Origin: Paraspadella gotoi
Taxonomy: Eukaryota; Animalia; Chaetognatha
Direction of reading: 5' to 3'
Assembly (NCBI GenBank): GCA_051294375.1
Contig: CM119269.1
Coordinates: 21,561,665 to 21,625,664, forward strand
DNA: 64,000 nt
The notes below the pieces were generated by a model. It made no database searches and was not told the origin of the DNA. It saw only the letters and a list, made by a program, of their open reading frames with translations. Positions 24,236 through 36,506 of the stretch are shown in pieces. The translations under genes were made by a program, and so were the position numbers. Every line of letters starts with the position of its first letter. Positions within the stretch are counted from its first letter, which is position 1.

Positions 24236-24914
24236 TTTTTCGTCGATCGATAGTTCTTCACTTTTGTCGGTCCGTCCGGCTCCGCCCTCTCATCTTTTTG
24301 TCGCGGCATTCTCTTATTATCTTCAGAACATCAAATTATGATAAATTAATGCAAAAAAAAACGATGTCCGGTCCGTCCGTCCGTCCGTCCGTCCGTCCGT
24401 CCGTCCGTCCCAACACCAATTACTCGTGATTTGAATGGATGGATGAATGAAATTCTTGTTGTGGGCAGGGAAGAGATGTGATTTTGAGCTGGATATGAAG
24501 TTTCGATGGAATCGCCAGTAGGAAATGAGTTTAAATGGAAACAAAAAAAAAAATTCCACTATTTGACACAATAGGTGGAGGGCGATCTCGCTGACTAACA
24601 TCTTGGTAGAAAAATGCCTCAGTGATTAAACTGGAAATAAGAACCTGTTTCACTTATTGATATGCTTCTTTTTTCTTTTTATTTTAAAGTCAACTGAATT
24701 TCATTAATTAATCATATTTATGTTCAACTCTACTCTCCGTAACTTAATCAACAATATTGTAATTAATCAAGTTCGATTAATCAATCAAAACAAACATTTC
24801 GGATCAAATTAATTAATTAATTGCCTAATTAATTAAATAATTAACTTGAAGAAATTAATTAAATAATTAATTAATGATCGTGGGCAGATCCCACATTGTT
24901 TGCTCAAACTTGTT
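24236..24914 (+). mobile_element. DINE-1/HINE-like element, family A (degenerate 5' end)
   Basis: cacttttgtcggtccg, (GTCC)n, shared core and 3' gggcagatcccacattgtttgctcaaacttgtt as in 6754-8036. Confidence 0.75.
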
Positions 24915-25655
24915 CTATATAGATTGGTTTTTTATTCACTCTACAGTAAATCATGAATTTTAGATACATTCTCATATGTTTATTATTAAAGCTACTGGTT
25001 AGCACTTTCAAGAAAATGTCATTCATTCTTGGATTATTTTTCTTAGTTCGTCTCTGGAGAATTTTTAACTTCCTTTTTTTAAAATTTTTAAAGTTTTTCT
25101 CTTTTAAGCGTAAAGTTCTTTCGAGCATCACTTTAAATTTGCATCTCGATACTATCATTTTTTATTTTAAAATTATATCCAGGGGACACTATTTTTCGTT
25201 AATCACTAAAATGATTATTGTTTACAAAAACAAAAAATCAAAACTAAAAACAACTAAAATCAAAATGTTAAAATTCTACCAATCATAGACCTTCGTATAG
25301 AAAATACGCATCTGAAACTCCCGAAAAAATAATACTTTTTGACATTTATAAAATCTATTGACAAACGGGGTTAAATTTAAACATAGTTTAATTATCGTGC
25401 TTATGTTTTTTTCTCTTCCCACGAAGCGTCCAATTTTCTACTCATCTTAATTTCTTTTTTTTTTTTTTTTACTTTTTTCTTTTCTTATCTTTTCTCTCTC
25501 TTTCGAACCGGTTAAACTAAAAAACCGTTTCCCGTTACCAATTTAGTCAAAAGAACGAAACAGCTCTCGAAGGAGACAGTTTTGTTTAAAGAATTAGATT
25601 TTTAACAAAACAAAATACGAAAACAGTTTACACACAGCGTGGGAACAACTCCTGT

Positions 25656-25749
<94 letters not shown>

Positions 25750-25922
25750 GTTCTCTTAAACGGAAAAAACTCAAAAAATTTCAATATTTTCCATTTTTAT
25801 TTTAGCTCAAAAATTATTGGGTTTTAACCGGAAGAAGTGAAAAAGAAAGAGAGAAAGAAATTTTTTTTACGAGAAAAATAAAAAAAAATTTGGGAAAATA
25901 AACGATAATAATATTGAAAAGA

Positions 25923-25975
25923 ATGAAGGAGACGAATCTGAAGCGTCGCGTTGCAAGTTGGTCTCATCTCAACAG
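25923..25975 (+). CDS. SRCIN1/KIAA1217-like gene, candidate alternative first coding exon
   Basis: MKETNLKRRVASWSHLN(R)|gtggtt; phase 2 joins 26092 in frame. Confidence 0.45.
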
Positions 25976-26091
25976 GTGGTTTATTGTTATTGTAGAATGA
26001 GAATTAGTTAAATATCGTAATATACAAACAAAATTTTTTAAAAATCCTTTTCATATCGTTTTTTTCTCTTTCGGTTGTTCCGCTCGCTTAG

Positions 26092-26114
26092 GGTGTCTTT
26101 CTACGACGAAAAAT
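26092..26114 (+). CDS. SRCIN1/KIAA1217-like gene, 23-nt micro-exon
   Basis: pyrimidine tract...ttag|G GTG TCT TTC TAC GAC GAA AAA T|gtaagt; VSFYDEK; phase 2 to 1 matches the AIP3 exon. Confidence 0.55.
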
Positions 26115-26507
26115 GTAAGTTGTTTTATAGATTGGGAATTTTTATATGTTGTATGAAAAATTGCAAGATTACTTGTTTTACTAAATTAGACTATAAAATT
26201 TTAAAATAAATGTAAAAAATTAATAAATTTCCTTATATATTAGATTTAATTATATTCTTTATTCTTTTATAACGTAATGGGGGGAGGGATGTTAGTGTTG
26301 CCTTCTGAAAATAGAGGGAGTATCTATACAACACAAAGTTAAAAGTTACTTTCTGCAATAGTTTTGTAATTAGACATCATTCTTGTTAAGAAGTCATTTA
26401 TTGAGAATTTCAAAATATCTAAAAGTCTGAACAGAAAGGGGTGGAGAGGATAATTTGTTATGGGATTAAGGTTATTTATGATTCGTTATTGTTGAGGGTA
26501 AAGACTA

Positions 26508-27451
26508 CCATGATGGAAAAAAAAGTGTCGCGGTTACTTTCCAGTTATTTTTTGGCATCTTAATGTAAGAATCGAAAAATAAAATTTAGATATTAAGAAA
26601 CTTTAGCCTTTTGTGATTCATATAAGCTGTATCTCATTTATATATGACAAAAAATACAAGAGTTCCATGTAAAAGAAAATGCGTTGATCAAAAAAATGCT
26701 TCCTTCATTTTTATCTTTTTTATATTTATACTTTTTATTTATACTCATTTCCGGTTATTTTTTATTATTTTTTTAGTTTAACCAATACTATTAAAAATCC
26801 CTGCCTTTTCTCAGTCTTATGTCAAATGATTATTGCATCATCTCCATTAGGATAGATTCAGGGATGAATCTTAATTCATATGTCATAAAAAATAATATTA
26901 AAAATACATTGATGCTGTAGATGTTACAGAATATTATTTTTAAATTGTAAAGTATCAATAAAAGTTATAAGGTTCCGGGTAACCTTTCTGTAAGCAAAGT
27001 TATCATTTTTATTAACTATTATCAGAATCAAGTATCAAACAAGTCCAAAAATAAAAAAATAAAGATTTTGTTGAAGTGAAAGATAATGAATTATCACATT
27101 ATGCAGTAACAACTCAAGCCTGGTTTACTTTATAGGGGATCAATCTTTTTCACTGCTTGCTAAGGACCATTTTTTACCCCAAATCTGATAAAAACTATCA
27201 TGTCAGAGATATAATTTTAACAATAATATGTTTAGTTCTCTTAATCAAAAAGAAGTGAAAACAGTTAGAGACAACCTCTTTTTGAAGTATTTGAATGCAT
27301 TGAATAATTTAATGCTGTTGAGAAATAATCATTTTATTCAGTTTTAGGGAGGTTATATTACCTATTAAAACTTATTTTTAGCCAAAAAATATATTTGACA
27401 ATAAAATTAACTGGCTTTTCCAAACCGCGACACTTTTTTTTTCCATCATGA
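26508..27451. mobile_element. Tc1/mariner-type non-autonomous element (~945 bp)
   Basis: TIRs CATGATGGAAAAAAAAGTGTCGCGGT / ACCGCGACACTTTTTTTTTCCATCATG flanked by TA at 26506-26507 and 27452-27453; no transposase ORF. Confidence 0.85.
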
Positions 27452-27866
27452 TACAAAGTCGAATTGTATATTTTCATAGGGATACATACCGGGGAAAGCT
27501 GTTTAAAGAAAGGGGCGGCCTTATATATTAGATGTAAATTTAATAGTCTTGTGTGTATATGTGTAATATATGTTTAATATGTATATATATATATATATTC
27601 ATTCGGTCGGTCGGTCTCTGACATCCAAAACGTAATCCTTTATTGAAGAACGATTTTTTTTTTGTTGAAACAATTTTTCCAGTTTCTCTTTTGTTTTATT
27701 TGCTCTCAATATTTTTTCCATACCCCCCTCTCTCTCTCTCTCTCTCTCATCTCTTCTCGTCCTCTCGTCTTCATCTCATACAAATCTCTCTGACTCGCTC
27801 TCTCTCTCTTCGTCCTGTTGCCTCTCTCTCTCTCTCCCACTCTTTCCCTCCCTCCTTCGTTTCCAG

Positions 27867-28065
27867 GCACCGTCTACCTGTTGCTAGGCAACCAATGCAA
27901 AAAAGCGATAATGCCCAATCAAATTACATCCCTCATAACCATCCGGGCCCTCTTCGTTCGCGCTTTTCCCGATCAACTCAGCCTGACTTACCTCGAACAG
28001 CCGAACGTCGCCATCTATTTTCACGATCAGGCCAAGGACGTCTTTAGGGAGTTGGAGAACTTGGG
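27867..28065 (+). CDS. SRCIN1 (p140Cap)/KIAA1217 (Sickle tail) family, AIP3 domain exon
   Basis: ttccag|..|gtaagt; TVYLLLGNQCKKAIMPNQITSLITIRALFVRAFPDQLSLTYLEQPNVAIYFHDQAKDVFRELENL closely matches the family motif MPNEITS..TIRALFV.AFP.QL....LE.P.VAIY. Confidence 0.92.
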
Positions 28066-28565
28066 GTAAGTGTTGGAATGGTTTAGAGGTAAGGCTTGAT
28101 TTGAGAATTTAGGCAGTGAGGTTGGTGAGTTTAGGGTAAGGTTCTATTCGGGTTAATAATTCTGAGGTGAGTGAAAAACAATTAGAAAAGTTAGTTGAAG
28201 AGTTTGAGAAATTCAAGTCAGTTTTTAGAATTATCAAGTGTCTGGGATGCTTTTAAAAACTAGTAAGTTAACAAAATTTAAATATTTAGGATAAGTTTTA
28301 AAAGTGTGGTTGAACAGTTTGAAAACTGAATTTAAATGAGTTATAAAAAGTCGAATGATTCGGCGAAAAACTAACAAATGTCAATTTACCCATAATTAAC
28401 GTGAATTTAAAAAAAATATTATTTATTAATATTTCAAATAAAATCCTTCTCTTTCCAAAATCGACTCAACGCATTTTTTAAATTTAATAAAAGTTCCGAG
28501 TTTTTATTAGTTTTAAGAAAATTTTAATTAGATTAGGACGAGCGTGAGGACGGTTATTTATAAAA

Positions 28566-28633
<68 letters not shown>

Positions 28634-28744
28634 AACCTGTTCCTCCTCCGCATCATCGAACATCGACAACAACAACAACCACTACAACGACAACAACAAC
28701 GATCGTCTCGCTTCAACGAATTCCAAACATCAGAATCAAAACAC

Positions 28745-28812
28745 ATCTTTTCTTTTCTTTTCTTTTCTTTTCTTTTCTTTTCTTTTCTTTTCTTTTCTTT
28801 TCTTTTCTTTTC

Positions 28813-28843
<31 letters not shown>

Positions 28844-29270
28844 CTTTTCTTTTTTTTTATTTTCTTTCTTTCTTTCCTTTTCTTTTTTTTTCTTTTATTT
28901 TATTTTCTTTCTTTTCCTTCTTTTTTATTTTCTTTTCTTTTCTTTCTTTCATTTTCTTTTCTTTCTTATTTATTTTCTTTTCTTTCATTTCTTTTCTTTC
29001 TTTCCTTTGATTTTCTTTTCTTTCTTTTTTCTTTATTTCTTTTCTTTGATGTTTTTTCTTTTCTTTTTTTTCTTTTCTTTGATTTTCCTTTCTTTCTTTT
29101 TTTTCCTTTCTTTCCTTTTCTTTTCTTTTCTTTTCTTTTCTTTTCTTTTCTTTTTTTTTCTCTTTTCTTTTCTTTTCTTTTCTTTTCTTTTATTTCATTT
29201 TTATTTTATTTTCTTTCTTTCTTTCCTTTTCTTTTTTTTCTTTTCTTTTCTTTTTTTTCTTTTCTATAAT
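28745..29270. repeat. (CTTTT)n-like low-complexity tract preceded by (GAC)n
   Basis: Directly visible; intronic. Confidence 0.9.
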
Positions 29271-29777
29271 TTTCAAACATTGATTTTACTTTTAAAAAAA
29301 ATTTGTTTTATACGAAATCAATGAAGCGTCGAGTTTTTTTCTTGTTTATGCTTTTCTTTCTTTGTTTGTTCTTTCGTTCTTTCTTTAATTCAACTTTCTT
29401 TCATTCATTCTTTCTTTTTTTTCACTTCTATCTTTCTATTTTTTTCCCATTCTATCTTTCTTTCAACGCAAAATACAGACTGTCAAAGATCCCAGACCTT
29501 TGAGATTCTTCGCTCCGACCAAAATCGGTTCTGGGAAATCGTCTTGGGAGAAAAGAAAGGATTTAGAAGAAAGATATCGCCTGACTTTGACTGGACATGT
29601 GAAAAGTTTACTTCACTTTCAGTTTGTTAGTTATTTTAAAAGTACAATTACGCACTAACGCTGAATATTTTTGACCAAAGTCAGGGCCAACGTATAAATA
29701 GTCAAAATAGTTTTATAATTTGACTCAATTTGATTATCATCATCATTAAACCTTTTTATTAACCTTTTTCTCTCCAG

Positions 29778-29862
29778 CGAATTGAGAGACAAAAGCATCT
29801 TGAAAGTTTTCGAGACGAACGAAGAAGGAATTCCAATTCGATCCGGAAATGAAATACATAAG
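29778..29862 (+). CDS. SRCIN1/KIAA1217-like gene, exon completing the conserved N-terminal domain
   Basis: ctccag|C...AAG|gtacaa; ELRDKSILKVFE... corresponds to family I.DRS.LKVY; phase 2 to 0. Confidence 0.88.
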
Positions 29863-30349
29863 GTACAATGAATAGTACAATAAATAGTTAATACTGTACT
29901 TGCAAAAGGGCATACAAATAAAAACAGAAATCGTATGAATTCAAAATTTAAAATATTATATTGAATAAAGTAAGAGAGAATCAAAAAAAGAGAAACACAG
30001 CATGAATTAAAATATATTCTTTAGAAATTGTATTAACATTTTTATACAAATTGTATCTATTGTTAAAATGATTGTTATTATATATGAAAGTAAAATTCAT
30101 TCCAGTTTTTATCGTTTCTGAATAATTTTTCGGTTGGTTTTAAAAGATCCGTATTTTATTCTATTCTTTCTTTCTCTTCTTTTCCTTCAATTTTCAACTT
30201 TCCTCTGTACCTTTTTTTTTCTCCTTTTTTTCTCTCCCCCCACTTTCCTCTTTGTCTTCTTTTTCCTCTCCTTTCTTCATTTTCTTATTTCTTATTTTCC
30301 CTCCCTTCCATCTCCTTCCCCTCCTCCCCCCTTCCTCCACGTCCAACAG

Positions 30350-30673
30350 CAAATGGACAGCACAGGTGCCTCCAAATTCGGCATCCAACCCAACTCCTCC
30401 ACCTCCTCCACCTCCTCTTCATCCCGCGCATCCAAATCTCGACCCTCGATGGTCACAGCCTCAGTGCCACCGGTGGCCACAACGTTCGGCTCCAGTTCCG
30501 GGATGAGTTCCGGTTCCGGGACGCCGATGTCCACGCCGCTGCCGCCACCGATGTCGTCGCAGCTCCCGCTGCAGAGCCAGCTGTCGATGCCGCTGCCGCC
30601 GCCGCCGTCTTATTCCACCGTCATGTCGTCGCAGGGAAATTTGGTTCCGGCGGCAGCAGCGACTATTCTCTCG
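30350..30673 (+). CDS. SRCIN1/KIAA1217-like gene, Ser/Pro-rich exon
   Basis: caacag|CAA...TCG|gtgaga; 324 nt open and GC-rich; includes LPPPPSY. Confidence 0.8.
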
Positions 30674-30734
30674 GTGAGAGAGAGACGAGGAGAGAGAGAG
30701 ATGAGAGAGAGAGGAGAGAGAGAGAGAGAGAATC

Positions 30735-30765
<31 letters not shown>

Positions 30766-31096
30766 TGATAATGATACTGACAAATGATGACGTGGAAAAT
30801 GAAAATTACAGTAAAAATGACGGTGAAGATGACAATGACAATGACATATGAGGACAGTCACAATAAAAAGTAAAATAAAAATGATGTCCATTGTCCAACA
30901 AGGGTCACATCGAGTTAATGACAACAATAATTCAAGTTTTAGAATGTCAAAACTATTTGTGATGCAGTTGGCACTAGCCATACATTGCATCATGAATATG
31001 TCGATGATAAAATCCAGATTCATGATAATGATGATATTATTTCAATGATATTATATCAACACTGAAGATGATGATGAAAATTTTAACACTGATGAG

Positions 31097-31577
31097 AGAA
31101 TTAAAGTTAAAAGTGATAGCCATAGCAGAATTAAAGTTAAAAGTGATAGCCATAGCAGAATTAAAGTTAAAAGTGATAGCTATAGCAGAATATAAGTTAA
31201 AAATGATAGCCATAGCAGAATTAAAGTTAAAAGTGATTGCCATAGCAGAATTAAAGTTAAAAGTGATAGCCATAGAAGAATTAAAGTTAAAAGTGATAGC
31301 CACAGCAGAATTAAAGTTAAAAGTGATAGCCTTAGCAGAATTTAAGTTAAAAATGATAGCCATAGCAGAATTAAAGTTAAAAGTGATAGCCATAGCAGAA
31401 TTAAAGTTAAAAGTGATAGCCATAGTAGAATTAAAGTTAAAAGTGATAGCCATAGCAGAATTAAAGTTAAAAGTGATAGCCATAGCAGAATTAAAGTTAA
31501 AAGTGATAGCCATAACAGAATTAAAGTTAAAAGTGATAGCCATAGCAGAATTAAAGTTAAAAATGATAGCCATAGCC
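31097..31577. repeat. 30-bp minisatellite (agaattaaagttaaaagtgatagccatagc), about 16 copies
   Basis: Highly homogeneous tandem units in an intron; source of the ELKLKVIAIA ORFs. Confidence 0.95.
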
Positions 31578-31713
31578 ACAAAAATGACAATGACGTCCTT
31601 ACTGACAATAAAGACGAGCATATCATAAAGAGAATGACAGAAAAGGTGACAACGACGACGATGACAAAGTCAATCATGATGACATCTACCAACGACGCCA
31701 TCTTTCCCAACAG

Positions 31714-31939
31714 AATCCCTCCTTATCCGGCCCGCCATCTCGCGGCCGTGCGATGCTGCCCAAATCGCCCTCTGTCGACGCGAATCTCAACGACGTTGGA
31801 AAAACAAAAGAGCATCCCGACGGATCATCGACTTTGACGCCATCTTCGTCGTCGTCGTCGTCGTCGCCGTCGTGGAAGGCCGCGTCGCTCAAGAAACCAA
31901 CGCCATCTAGGATCAGTTCTTCTATGAAACAAAAATCAG
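31714..31939 (+). CDS. SRCIN1/KIAA1217-like gene, Ser-rich exon
   Basis: caacag|AAT...TCAG|gtaaga; NPSLSGPPSRGRAMLPKSPS...MKQKS; phase 0 to 1. Confidence 0.78.
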
Positions 31940-32093
31940 GTAAGAAACTATTTTTCCCCCGCGCCTTTTTTTTTTTTTTTTTTTTTGAGAAAAGTGACGC
32001 GTTTGATCGTGTCACGTTCGAATGGCGAGACGCTTTTCACGTGCCACGTTTTTGAAAGAGAAAGACGCGTTTTTTTGGGCGGGCGTGTCACGT

Positions 32094-32647
32094 GGCTTTA
32101 TTTTCCGAAAGGGCCCCATTTTGTTTAAAATTCGGAATTTAGTCGTTGTAAGGATATTGAAAAATGATTGCGCTATGTTAATAACTTAATATTATAGATA
32201 TATTAGCAAAAATTAAAAATGCATTTGAATCTCTATTTAAATAATGACATAAGTTAGAGATTACAGGTTAGAATTATGGATTATGTTAAGGATTAGACTA
32301 AGGATTAGATAAAAAGATTAGGGTTAGAGGCTTAGGTTAGAGATTAAAAGTTTGGGTTTTGGGTTAAGAATTATGTTAAGGATTAGACTAAGGATTAGAC
32401 TAAGGATTATGGTTAGAGATTTAGGTTAAAGATTAAGAGTTTGGGTTTTGGGTTAAGGATTAAGTTAAGGATTAGACTAAGGATTAGACTGAGGATTAGA
32501 CTAAGGATTAAGGTTAGAGGCTTAGGTTAAAGATTAAGAGTTTGGGTTTTGAGTTAAGGATTTAGTTAAGGATTGAAATATGATTTTGGTAATGAAGTAA
32601 TTCGGGAATTAGGGAACCGAAATGGGGAACTATTAGAAAAGAGAGCC
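32094..32647. mobile_element. TIR element with degenerate (TTAGGG/TTAAGG)n core, nested in a larger imperfect inverted repeat (about 32000-32770)
   Basis: ggctttattttccgaaagggccccattt / aaatggggaactattagaaaagagagcc; outer gatcgtgtcacgt / acgggacacgatc. Confidence 0.6.
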
Positions 32648-33322
32648 TGGCACGTTAAAGGCATCGCCGTTGGCGTGGTCACGTCAAAAAAAGCGACGCT
32701 TTTCTCGAAAAAGTGGCGTGGTGCGTTAAGGGTTGAACGCTTCTTTTTTGACGGGACACGATCTTGTATACACGCTATTGCCACACGTTCGGTATAAACT
32801 GCGATTAGTTGCGATGAAACACCGAGTTTTGAGTGTGAATGTTCACAGGAGGTGATGAGAGTTTTTAATTTGGTGAAAAGATTGACAGTTTTACATTTTA
32901 AATCATTTTTCTATTATTTGTTTAATTTTATGTTTACTCAAGTTATATTGGTTTCTTAGCCGTAGATATTCACTCACGTTGTTTTATATTAGTGATTCGT
33001 TTTCACGTTCTTAATGTTTTTCACCCAAAGCCAAAAGACAATTGGGAGATGTCTCGGTCAGAGTAAAATCTGGTCAATTCTGATGAGAAGGGAGGAAAAC
33101 GGAAGGGGCAAAGAGGAATTAAATATTAAAGGGGTTGGAATGATGAGGAAGGGGAAAGAGGAAAGATTAAAGGGAATAGAGAGAAAGAATAGAAAAACAG
33201 AGAGAGGAGGAGAGAAGGTAAGAACATAAGGGAAAGTATAATAAGGGGAAAGTCGGAAGAGAAAAATAAAAATAAAATGGAGGGAGGGAAAGAAAAAGAT
33301 AGGGAGTGGTCTTTTCACACAA

Positions 33323-33545
33323 TTGAAATATTATACCACTTCATTGATAGCCAGGTACCCCGGGAGTAAGTGAATAAACGAGACTGTGAGAGAGTCTTGA
33401 TTGAAAGCTTGCAGGGACCTGCTCTGTCATTATCTTGTAAGAGTGATGGAGGCCTTAAACCACCAAAGCCTGTCCAAAGTCAGGGGCAAGATAGCTTATT
33501 TATTAAATGAATGGATAATTTTTATATTGGTTGTACCAATTTCAT
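33323..33545. mobile_element. Dispersed ~200-bp repeat (same family as 352-534)
   Basis: Direct sequence similarity; carries a single AATGGATAAT (empty site). Confidence 0.75.
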
Positions 33546-34318
33546 AGAAAAATCGCTGGAAAAATTAAAAAGAAAATCAAACGTTAAAAATCTATAGATC
33601 TAATATAAATTGTTAAATCTTTGAGTTTAGAAAATGCGGAGGAGAAAAAAAAAGAGAGAAAGAACAGAAGGGAGGGGAAGAAGGGAAATAGAGGGAAGAG
33701 GGGAGGGAGAAAGAGGAAGAAGAGGGTAGGGAAGGGAATAGGGGGGAAGAGTAGGGAGGGAGAGAAGGAAAGGGGTGGAAGACAGAAGAAGAGGAAGCGG
33801 GAGAAAGAGAGGAAAAGAGAGAGATGGAGAGGGAGAGAGAGGAAGGGAGGAAGGGAGGAAGAGGGGGGAGAGAGAAAATGTCAGTGAGAGAAAAAAAAGG
33901 CGAAAACGATCGTGAAGATGAGTCTCTTAACGAGCGCCCATCAAATCGTCACCGACGACGACGACGACAACGACGACGACAATGCCACTAAAAATTGCCA
34001 GAGGGCGTTAATGATGAAAAACTGACCAGCGCAACGAAATGTGACTTTAAAAAGAAAACGGGGACGACGACGACGACGACGACGACTTAGTAGATGACCC
34101 AGATGACCAAGAAATGACGACGACGACGACGACGAGGAAAAATGCAAGGGCTTCTCGACTTCTTGCAGTGAAAATGATTTCATCAGCCCTCGAGAAATTG
34201 GTTATGTCTCGGTTGATGACTGACATTACGAGACCACGAGCCCTTTGAGGAAGGCTCTCCCCTCTGGAGGAAGGTTATAGAAAGAGTGAACAGAGTGGCA
34301 GGGAGAGAGAGAGAGAGG

Positions 34319-34371
<53 letters not shown>

Positions 34372-34372
34372 C

Positions 34373-34420
<48 letters not shown>

Positions 34421-34557
34421 TAGAGAGAGAATTGCTTGGCGCTGCTTGGTTCTGCTTGGCGCCAGCTCCGCATCACGCGTCTGATATTTTGTGGCGAAAA
34501 GAAAAAAAAATTCTTCGGCGCCAAAAAAAGGTGGCGCAGCTTTTATTTTATGGGGAG

Positions 34558-34725
34558 TGCGGGGTGTCAAAGAGGGTTGGGGTGTTAAAGAGGATTGGGG
34601 TGTCAAAGAGGGTTGGGGTGTAAAGAGGGGTTGGGGTGTCAAAGAGGGTTGGGTGTTAAAGAGTTGTTGGGTGTCAAAGAGGGTTGGGGTGTCAAAGAGG
34701 GTTGGGGCGTTAAAGGGGGTCGGGG
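34558..34725. repeat. 18-bp minisatellite (ggggtgtcaaagagggtt) followed by (AAT)n
   Basis: About 9 tandem units. Confidence 0.85.
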
Positions 34726-34758
34726 AATAAAATAGTGGTGTAAAATAGTATAATAATA

Positions 34759-34804
<46 letters not shown>

Positions 34805-34832
34805 TAATATAATAATAATAATAATAAAAAAC

Positions 34833-34866
<34 letters not shown>

Positions 34867-35329
34867 TAATTGATGGCGGATGACGAATATGGGGCAGAGA
34901 TTTTAAGGAAACAAATTTGTGAATTACGAAGGAAAATTGAAAATGAGAGAATTTCTTTGTTCCGGTGAATGATGTGTGTGAGAATGAGAGAGCGAAGGAG
35001 CTGAAGAAGAATCGTTTGTGGGTCGAAGTGAAGGAACTGACTGGAGCTAAGTGGACGTCGTTAAGGAGCCAACGAAAAAGCGAAGAGGTTTAAGGAGAGC
35101 GGAATAGTGGAGTTACAAAGGAGTCGGAGAGAGTGGTGGAGCCAGCGGAGTTCGGAGTACTGGAGTGGCTCGTGGCAAAGTGAGACGGTTGGGATGTGGT
35201 AGTGGAAAAGAGTGTCAGAGTATCAGAGTGACAGAACGATGGAGTGGCAGAGTGACGGAGGTAGTAGTGACGTAGTATCTGTGTGACGCAGTTACGAAAT
35301 GACCGAGTATCATGATGGCAGGGTGACGT

Positions 35330-36130
35330 CGAGGCAGAGTGGCAGATTGTCAGAGTGGCAGTGTGACTGCGTGACTGAGTGGCAAACTGGCATATTGTCA
35401 TAGCGTTAATGTGACTGAGTGGCAAAGNNNNNNNNNNNNNNNNNNNNNNNNNTGTTAATGTGACTGAGTGGCAAGTGGCATTATTGTCATTAGCGTTATG
35501 TGACTGAGTGGCAAAGTGGCATATTGTCAAAGCTGTTAATTATATTTGAGTGGCGAAGTGGAATATTGTCAAAGCGTTAATGTGACTGGAGTGGCAAAGT
35601 GGCATAAGTGTCATAGCGTTAATGTGACTGAGTGGCAAGTGGCATAGGTATAGCGTTAATGTGACTGAGTGGCAAAGTGGTAGTGTCTAGCGTTAATGTG
35701 ACTGAGTGGCAAAGTGGCATAGTGTCATAGCGTTAATGTGACTGAGTGGCACAGTGGCATAGTGTCATAGCGTTAATGTGACTGAGGTGGCAAAGTGGCA
35801 TAATTTCATAGCGTTAATGTGACTGAGTGGCAAAGTGGCATATTGGTCATAGCGTTAATGTATTTGAGTGGCAAAGTGGCATTTGTCATAGCGTTAATGT
35901 ATTTGAGTGGCAAAGTGGCATATTGTTCCATAGCGTTAATTTGGACGAGTGGCAAAGTGGCATAGTGTCATAGCGTTAATTGTGACTGAGTGGCAAAGTG
36001 GCATAGTGTCATAGCGTTAATGTGACTGAGTGGCAAGTGCATATGTCATAGCGTTAATGTGACTGAGTGGCAGTGGCATATTGTGATCTTAATTGATGAG
36101 GCAAAGTGGCAATATTGTCATAGCGTTAAT
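35330..36130. repeat. 40-bp minisatellite (catagcgttaatgtgactgagtggcaaagtggcatagtgt)
   Basis: Many tandem units with indel noise, spanning a 25-N gap. Confidence 0.9.
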
Positions 36131-36472
36131 GGACGAGATTGGTTAGTTTCGAATGATTATGAGCGTAGTCATCGAATCCGCGAAGCGAAAGAGAAAAAAT
36201 GTGAGTTCCACGAGGATGAAATGGGAAATGAAATTTTATTGGGCCAGTAAAATAAAGAGGGGAGGGGGAAGGAGAGAAGAGAGAGAGAGAGGGAGGGATG
36301 AGGGGAGGAAAAGAAAGATTGGGATAGAGAGAGAGGGAGAGAGAGAGAGGAGAGGAAGGGTAGGAGAGAGGGAAAGAAAGATGATGAGGATAGAGAGGAG
36401 AGGAGGAGAAAGGAAGGGATGAGGAGAGAGGGGAGTGGTTAGGGTAGAGAGAGAGGAAGGGGAGGAGAACAT

Positions 36473-36506
<34 letters not shown>

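Noticed and set aside
31097-31577. 30-bp repeat array as a CRISPR array or repeat protein (ELKLKVIAIA)
   Set aside because: Units are head-to-tail with no unique spacers, no cas genes are present, and the array lies in an intron between two phase-matched exons.
35330-36130. 40-bp array as CRISPR
   Set aside because: Contiguous tandem minisatellite without spacers in eukaryotic DNA.
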